Positions 17,745 to 23,171 of a stretch of DNA of 23,171 nucleotides are shown piece after piece. Below the pieces are notes generated by a model. That model searched no databases. It was not told the origin of the DNA and saw only the letters and a program-made list of their open reading frames with translations. The stretch is from a virus (taxonomy: Duplodnaviria > Heunggongvirae > Uroviricota > Caudoviricetes), in IMG/VR virus record IMGVR_UViG_2531839128_000009; one strand, given 5' to 3'. A program made the position numbers and the translations under genes. The first letter of the stretch is position 1, and the number at the start of each line of letters is the position of its first letter.

Positions 17745-18518
17745 TCAGGCGGGATAAGAATGGGAGGAGGGAAAAACGATTTCTTTATAACAGCGACAAT
17801 TCGGGAGCTCGCCAGCGTGACCGGTCATGCCATCAAGCGTTGGAGGTTTGCCCCATTCGACAAATTTACCTTCCATTTCCCGATGAGAATGCCTGACGTC
17901 ACCATCTTCGGCTGTACGCCAGATATAACCATTCGAACCAATTGACAGCGCACGTGCCTGATCCAGCGCGCCGGTTGCACGTCCAAGTTCAGTACGGGCA
18001 ATCAGGTCAGCTCTGGACTTTGCTATATCACCCGATGCTGCAATTTCTTTAGCAAAATGTTCTGCTCTCCCACCGGTCACAACAGCTTCTATCGCCCGAT
18101 TCTGGATGTCGTACACCCTGTCAGCCGCCTCGAGGGGGAGCGATTTGATGTACTTGACCTGTTCGGCGATGATGGATTGCATCACCTGCCCTGGCGGGGC
18201 ACTGTTTACCAGATTGCGTAGCTCACGGCTGATGGTTTTGCTGTGTTTACGCCACTGCTCATCATTCTTGCGCACAATATCGGCGGTAAAGTTTTCCGCG
18301 ACCTTTGTCGCCCAGGGGGTGATGATTTCACTGTAGCGTTCCAGCGCCTCAATAATTTCCGTGATACTGTCATTTGAACCATCGTAGTGACCATTTACGA
18401 TGTCCCCGACCGCCCGCGCTATCCTGCGTAGGCTGGTTCGATACCGGATTTCCGCCTGACGGTTCCTGCGGTTCGTCATCAGGTTCGCCGATGCCGGGCG
18501 GCGCTTCATCTTCGGCAT
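17745..18518 (-). CDS. head morphogenesis protein (Mu F / SPP1 gp7-like minor head protein)
   Basis: 257-aa ORF. The C-terminal block YIWRTAEDGDVRHSHREMEGKFVEWGKPP…GELPNCRCY looks like the conserved MuF-type domain. The N-terminus overlaps the portal 3' end by 149 nt, so the start is uncertain. Confidence 0.8.
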   Translation of the reverse strand: MPKMKRRPASANLMTNRRNRQAEIRYRTSLRRIARAVGDIVNGHYDGSNDSITEIIEALERYSEIITPWATKVAENFTADIVRKNDEQWRKHSKTISRELRNLVNSAPPGQVMQSIIAEQVKYIKSLPLEAADRVYDIQNRAIEAVVTGGRAEHFAKEIAASGDIAKSRADLIARTELGRATGALDQARALSIGSNGYIWRTAEDGDVRHSHREMEGKFVEWGKPPTLDGMTGHAGELPNCRCYKEIVFPSSHSYPA

Positions 18519-19836
18519 TCTCGATGTCCTCGTCGGTAATGGATGCCCCGATGCCGGTTACGTCAGAATTTTCTCGCAAATCAGTCATAGCGGCTTTCAG
18601 TGTCATCAGACCATCACCCAGCGCTGTACTGATTGCGTTGGTAGTGTTTAACGCCACCGTTGAGCGATCGACATCAGACATTTGCCAGAGCGGGTTAAAC
18701 TCAAACGTGAAATCGTCCGGTAGCGGCTTGCCAAGTTCCGAACGATGCATGATGTCCAGTATCCGCCGCACCGGAAGACGTAAACGTCTCTCCTGCAGCG
18801 AGCTTACCCGATCGTAATAGTTGGCAAGGTCTGCATCGCCGGTAGAAAATCCTTTCGGGGACTGTCCGAACAACCGCACCAGTGGGATACCAACAGCGCC
18901 ACTAATCTGTTCTGCAAACTGCGAAAGGATGTCATCCAGACCACTGAAGCTGTACTGATGGGTTTCAAACTTATCCCGCGAGTCCATGAGCGTCATGCCT
19001 TCATTGCTCTGGAACTGTCGAATCAGGTCGATATTCTTCAGCAACGCTTCATACGCAGGACCACCAAGTGCGATAAGCTCGCGTAGCTTCTCCACGCTGT
19101 AGGTGCGCAGATGCGCCTTGTAGACCAGCTGCGCCGCGCCGACAGTAGCGCTGTCGAACGCGGTAAGACGATCCCAGATACGCTCTACAACCGACATTCC
19201 CCATTCGTTCTCGGTCATCTTCTGCTGGAATGGCAGCGTGACGCCATCAAAGCGAATCAGACGACTGTGATGAATGCGCCAGGCAGGAATTCCCGTTGCT
19301 GTGGTCACCACATCGTAAAACTCAGGTTTACCCAGGTCCGGCCCCATATCTTTAATGCGGCGGGTCAGCACTGGGTTAATCATCCAGCGGTCGAGCGGGA
19401 GAATCCCCTTAAACTTGCCTTCTCCAATGGTTTCGAGCCGCAGCGGGGTCATTGGTGCCTGCCCCTCAATCATGATGAAACCCACCGCGCCGCCATAGAG
19501 GCGCGACCATTTCAGCACGTCATTCAGCGCATCCCAGATTTGCAACTCATCCAGTTGTGATTCGAGAATGCCGCGATCTTTTGCATCAATTTCCGAAGTG
19601 ATGCGAATGCCTTTGCGGGTCATATCATCCGGGATAGCATCGACCGCTTCGCCGATGATCCAGGACGAACGATAGGACCATTCCACCAGCATGCGGTTAC
19701 GACTGGTGAAATTAGCCCGGTAGGTGGATGCTGAGTGCTGGTTAGGTGTCTGCATCCCTACGCGGGCAATAAAATTCTCATAACCATCAGCTGTGGCCTG
19801 CGCAGTTCGCCGCAGGGCTTGTTTGTTTCGTGCCAT
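18370..19836 (-). CDS. portal protein
   Basis: 488-aa ORF directly after the large terminase (ATGA overlap), with the acidic C-terminal tail common in portals. Confidence 0.85.
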   Translation of the reverse strand: MARNKQALRRTAQATADGYENFIARVGMQTPNQHSASTYRANFTSRNRMLVEWSYRSSWIIGEAVDAIPDDMTRKGIRITSEIDAKDRGILESQLDELQIWDALNDVLKWSRLYGGAVGFIMIEGQAPMTPLRLETIGEGKFKGILPLDRWMINPVLTRRIKDMGPDLGKPEFYDVVTTATGIPAWRIHHSRLIRFDGVTLPFQQKMTENEWGMSVVERIWDRLTAFDSATVGAAQLVYKAHLRTYSVEKLRELIALGGPAYEALLKNIDLIRQFQSNEGMTLMDSRDKFETHQYSFSGLDDILSQFAEQISGAVGIPLVRLFGQSPKGFSTGDADLANYYDRVSSLQERRLRLPVRRILDIMHRSELGKPLPDDFTFEFNPLWQMSDVDRSTVALNTTNAISTALGDGLMTLKAAMTDLRENSDVTGIGASITDEDIENAEDEAPPGIGEPDDEPQEPSGGNPVSNQPTQDSAGGRGHRKWSLRWFK

Positions 19837-21458
19837 CAGGCCTGTCTCCCTAGCAGCTCCCAGATGTTCAGGGCTGAATTCATTGGGGCATAGTTGATCA
19901 TCACCGAGTCGGCAAGGTTTGGCGACCGGGTTCCATCAGGCTGTTTATCAATAACGATTTTTCCCACACCATTAATGGAATAGGTCGGCTGCGAAAGCTC
20001 GATGATGAGTTTATCTTTGAGTGCCATGCTACTGCTGATTGAGATGATTTCGTCCGGGTTGTAGGCCATGCCCTCAACCACGGCACGGTAGGTGTTCTGG
20101 AAAAGTTTACGTAACCGCCACCAGCTCTGGGCTTTGGCGTTAGCGAAGAAGTCCTTGTTCAGACGTGCGGCTTGCCCGTTGTCCCCGCGAACAGCTTCAT
20201 CATCCGGATCAAATACCGCGCCACTACCTCGAAACGGTGTGGCGAGTATTGACGGTCGGCGCGCAGCGTTACGCAGTTCGTTGATAGCGCGTGCATCGCC
20301 GCGAACGCCAGCGCCCAGCCCGTCCTCATCAAAGCGAAACTCTTCGAGGTTGTCCTGTTCGCAAAAACCGAAGACCTTCTCGACGGACTGATAAATGTCG
20401 CTGCCCACACCAGACCATTCCCGCACATTTTCCAGGAGGAAGCCATGACGGGTGGAAAAGGCATTTTTGTCCCTGCCTTCGTCGGCGACATCCATCGCGC
20501 CAAGTCGTTTGCCTGTTGGCTGGATCCCCAGTTTGATATGCGCATCAACGGCAGCCTGTACCCATTCGGATGGAATCAGGACGCCTTCCGCTGATGCGCT
20601 GTAGTTCAGATCAAGTTCCTGTGCCACCACCACCGGATTATCGATTTTCTCGCATTCCCTGCGATACCACTCTTCATCCTTGCGAGGATCATCCCGCCAG
20701 TGGAATGTGAATACCGGTATCTTCCCGCCATGACGCTTCTGAGCGAACGGGTTCGCCATGCCATTAACTGAACTCAGGTCAATACGGCAACGCGTCGTTT
20801 GTGACAACGCCGCATCAATCAGCAGAGGACGCTGAAGGAATGCAGCCTCATCAACCAGATAAAGCGTGGTACGGTCACCACGACCAATATTATCGCCAGC
20901 CTCGCCTTTGATAACGGCACCAGTTTCAGGAAACTCAACACGCATATATGGCGCGTGCTTCTTCTCGCTCCACGAACCGCGAAACTCTACAGGTAGTGTT
21001 TCCACGAACTTGCGCGCCTTCCAGAACAATGCTTTCGGGTCACCGGTGCTGTCGACGTATTCCTCTTTACGGGAGCCGAAACCGATAACCATTCCTTTGT
21101 TGAAGAGACAAAGCGAGCAGGCCAGTCCGATCGCGGTCCAACTGAGCCCCATTTCACGGGATTTTTCGGTAATACCATTCTCCCGATTACCCCAGCGTTC
21201 CATAATCCAGTGGATCCACTCCTCCTGCTTAGGGAAGAGTAAAAACGGAATGGTCACCGGCAGGCCATAATCAATATTACGCGGGTCCGTTGTCATGCCC
21301 CAGTCGATGATGAACTGAGCCGGATTGGTTCGGTAAAACTGCTTCAACACGGGCAATATTTCAGGATTCTGGCGAATGCGCTGTAGGCGTTCCATCCGCC
21401 ATTCAAAAACCATCTGGTAATCAGGATGTTTAAAATCGAAGGGGAATGGTAACGGCAT
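19836..21458 (-). CDS. terminase large subunit
   Basis: 540-aa ORF following the small terminase with an ATGA overlap. Size and position are typical of TerL. Confidence 0.88.
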   Translation of the reverse strand: MPLPFPFDFKHPDYQMVFEWRMERLQRIRQNPEILPVLKQFYRTNPAQFIIDWGMTTDPRNIDYGLPVTIPFLLFPKQEEWIHWIMERWGNRENGITEKSREMGLSWTAIGLACSLCLFNKGMVIGFGSRKEEYVDSTGDPKALFWKARKFVETLPVEFRGSWSEKKHAPYMRVEFPETGAVIKGEAGDNIGRGDRTTLYLVDEAAFLQRPLLIDAALSQTTRCRIDLSSVNGMANPFAQKRHGGKIPVFTFHWRDDPRKDEEWYRRECEKIDNPVVVAQELDLNYSASAEGVLIPSEWVQAAVDAHIKLGIQPTGKRLGAMDVADEGRDKNAFSTRHGFLLENVREWSGVGSDIYQSVEKVFGFCEQDNLEEFRFDEDGLGAGVRGDARAINELRNAARRPSILATPFRGSGAVFDPDDEAVRGDNGQAARLNKDFFANAKAQSWWRLRKLFQNTYRAVVEGMAYNPDEIISISSSMALKDKLIIELSQPTYSINGVGKIVIDKQPDGTRSPNLADSVMINYAPMNSALNIWELLGRQA

Positions 21459-21460
21459 AC

Positions 21461-22012
21461 TTAGCCCATCATTTTTCTATACGCCTCTGCAGCCTGCTCC
21501 GGCGTTAAGTTGGTAATTTCTGTTCTGACTGGTCCTCCATCAGCGCCAGTCACTTCATTTTTGACATTGTCTTTAAACGCCTGAACAGAAACATGACGCC
21601 CAAGCAACTCAAGATTTTTAACCTTATCAGGCCATTTGATTTTCTTCAGAAGTGCGGCGCTATCTGCGGATACCATCTCCACGACATCCATTCCTGATAG
21701 CGTTGTGCGCCATACCTTAGGCCAGTCTTTAATGGGTTTTAGCTCACCGTTTTGCAGGAGAATGTCAAGCACATCCATCTGGTCGATTTCAAGAAGGCGA
21801 TTAAGTACATATTCTGCATTAATACCAACAAGATCATTGCGTTGCGCTTTCAGTTCAGCGATTCTTAACTTGATGTCAGGTTTTGACATGTTTTCGGACG
21901 CAGTACGGTTGGCTGTCTTTGCGCTGTACCCCGCCCGAATAGCCGCTTGTGTGGCGTTTAAATCGATGAGGTACTCGCGACAGAACATTTCTTGTTTGTC
22001 GGTGAGTGCCAT
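21461..22012 (-). CDS. terminase small subunit
   Basis: 183-aa ORF; N-terminus [30 protein letters not shown] is the characteristic HTH start of one small-terminase family. First gene of the packaging/morphogenesis block. Confidence 0.88.
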   Translation of the reverse strand: MALTDKQEMFCREYLIDLNATQAAIRAGYSAKTANRTASENMSKPDIKLRIAELKAQRNDLVGINAEYVLNRLLEIDQMDVLDILLQNGELKPIKDWPKVWRTTLSGMDVVEMVSADSAALLKKIKWPDKVKNLELLGRHVSVQAFKDNVKNEVTGADGGPVRTEITNLTPEQAAEAYRKMMG

Positions 22013-22036
22013 GGCAAAGTCTCAATTGGATTGAAA

Positions 22037-22309
22037 ATGAGTGATTTATTACTAATTAAAAACTGGTTAATTGACCATCATACACTATCAATTTTCTTTG
22101 GTTTTTTATCGGCTGGGTTATGGATCAAATCAGCAACAGCCAAAGTCAAAACAGGTAGAAGCACCGTTGTAGCAATTACATTTGATGATCCCCAAAAAAA
22201 TGTAGATCTTCACGAATTTTTCTTAACTGCGCGGTTACAGTCTAAATATAACTCATATGCAGCTTTCGCTGCTGCTGCAACTGTGATTTTGCAAATGGCT
22301 GGCTATTAG
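22037..22309 (+). CDS. possible small membrane protein on the opposite strand (hypothetical)
   Basis: 90-aa frame from ATG 22037 (MSDLLLIKNWLIDHHTLSIFFGFLSAGLWI…) with one clear hydrophobic helix, in an AT-rich region. Only a weak SD. A plus-strand terminator lies about 285 nt downstream. Confidence 0.3.
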   Translation: MSDLLLIKNWLIDHHTLSIFFGFLSAGLWIKSATAKVKTGRSTVVAITFDDPQKNVDLHEFFLTARLQSKYNSYAAFAAAATVILQMAGY

Positions 22310-22398
22310 AAAGCCTTAACCACGATATTATTTACCTTTATCAATATCAGTTAACGGCTCAAAGTGTAATGGTTCCACATTCTCCTAATGGAGTTATT

Positions 22399-22524
22399 CT
22401 ACTCGCCCATCTCGGTAGCCGGCTGCATAAAGCCATTAACCAGCTCACGCTGACGTCGTGACATCTTACCCGTAAAGGTTTCGCCTGTTTGGGTGGTTAA
22501 CATGATTTGGTAGATGTCGGACAT
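22399..22524 (-). CDS. possible 41-aa small protein (hypothetical)
   Basis: Hand translation gives MSDIYQIMLTTQTGETFTGKMSRRQRELVNGFMQPATEMGE ending at TAG. AAAGAGG SD 6 nt upstream of ATG 22522-22524. Below the size cut-off of the supplied ORF track. Confidence 0.35.
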   Translation of the reverse strand: MSDIYQIMLTTQTGETFTGKMSRRQRELVNGFMQPATEMGE

Positions 22525-22592
22525 TGAGAACCTCTTTATCCGCTTGTTGGGATATCAGTTAAGTTATCCCGTGTAGGGTATAAGCCATTATC

Positions 22593-22620
22593 AAAGCCAC
22601 TCGGCATGGAGTGGCTTTTG
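22593..22620 (+). terminator. rho-independent terminator, plus strand
   Basis: AAAGCCACTC-GGCATG-GAGTGGCTTT hairpin (8 to 10 bp stem) followed by TTTTG on the plus strand. Confidence 0.55.
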
Positions 22621-22630
22621 TAATAGCAAT

Positions 22631-22656
22631 AAAAAAACCGTCCGGAGGCGGCTTGT
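22631..22656 (-). terminator. probable rho-independent terminator of the peptidase-like gene
   Basis: Short GC hairpin (CCGCC…GGACGG with one mismatch) followed on the minus strand by seven T, immediately after stop codon 22658-22660. Confidence 0.5.
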
Positions 22657-22657
22657 G

Positions 22658-23171
22658 TTAAATCCCCAAGAGAGGCTTAAAGTCATTTAGCTTCTCTGCT
22701 TTAATAACAAATCCGAGATTCATTGTAATTTCAGAACGCACAACTGGTGTAGCGACTGTTGGTACGTCAATAATTTCAATATTCCCGCTAACATTCGTTA
22801 CTGGCCCTGCATACAACAACCCAAGGAAAATTAATCTCTCCCCCATAGCAATACCATCATTAGTAGCATATGAGCCTTGGTTCATTATATAAACGGGAGA
22901 ACCGCTAGAACCACCGAAACAAGCCATATCAATGAGGAATTCAGGCTTACCCTTCCAGTTTTCCATAGGTGATGATGCTGTGATGCCTTTCCTGGTAACA
23001 GGCCTATTGTTTACAGAATCCCATAATCCATTTGGATATCCTGTCATGTAAACATCTTCGACAGGAGTAATGTAATTGTTACCACGCATCTGACGATCTG
23101 TGAAAAAGAAGAGTTCTGGGCTAATGCCACTTTTCTCCATCTCATTCAGCAATCCAGCGATAGGCAATATG
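22658..23171 (-). CDS. trypsin-like serine peptidase domain protein, C-terminal part (5' end beyond window)
   Basis: Frame is open to the last base of the window. Contains CFGGSSGSPVY, matching the GxSGxP catalytic-serine motif of chymotrypsin-fold peptidases; the His/Asp part would be upstream and outside the window. AT-rich by eye relative to the phage structural genes. Confidence 0.7.
   Translation of the reverse strand, partial: ILPIAGLLNEMEKSGISPELFFFTDRQMRGNNYITPVEDVYMTGYPNGLWDSVNNRPVTRKGITASSPMENWKGKPEFLIDMACFGGSSGSPVYIMNQGSYATNDGIAMGERLIFLGLLYAGPVTNVSGNIEIIDVPTVATPVVRSEITMNLGFVIKAEKLNDFKPLLGI

Noticed and set aside
22370-22462. 30-aa plus-strand ORF (MVPHSPNGVILLAHLGSRLHKAINQLTLTS)
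   Set aside because: No RBS, and antisense to the better-supported 41-aa minus-strand ORF.
1-23171. CRISPR array, tRNA or rRNA genes
   Set aside because: No regularly spaced direct repeats and no cloverleaf-like or rRNA-like segments noticed; the window is almost fully protein-coding.

Overview
The window is almost entirely one minus-strand late (virion morphogenesis) operon of a myovirus-type prophage; an enterobacterial host is my inference from gene content and a Pin/Gin-like invertase. Reading in the direction of transcription (high to low coordinates): small and large terminase, portal, MuF-like head morphogenesis protein, scaffold/protease, capsid, head-tail joining proteins, sheath, tube, a tail assembly chaperone with a -1 frameshift signal, a tape measure gene broken by a one-base frame error in a 10-C homopolymer, baseplate genes, tail fiber and its assembly protein, then a Gin/Pin/Hin-type invertible host-range segment and its serine invertase. 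Three things are not explained by virion assembly and are the best candidates for something new: (1) a two-gene cassette (secreted protein plus 2-TM membrane protein, the latter with its own promoter and terminator) inserted between the baseplate hub and spike genes; (2) an AT-rich region upstream of the small terminase gene with small ORFs and back-to-back terminators; (3) the 3' part of a trypsin-like serine peptidase gene that runs off the right edge. No rRNA, tRNA or CRISPR array was seen. All protein family calls are from reading the translations; no database search was run, and compositional statements are by eye.
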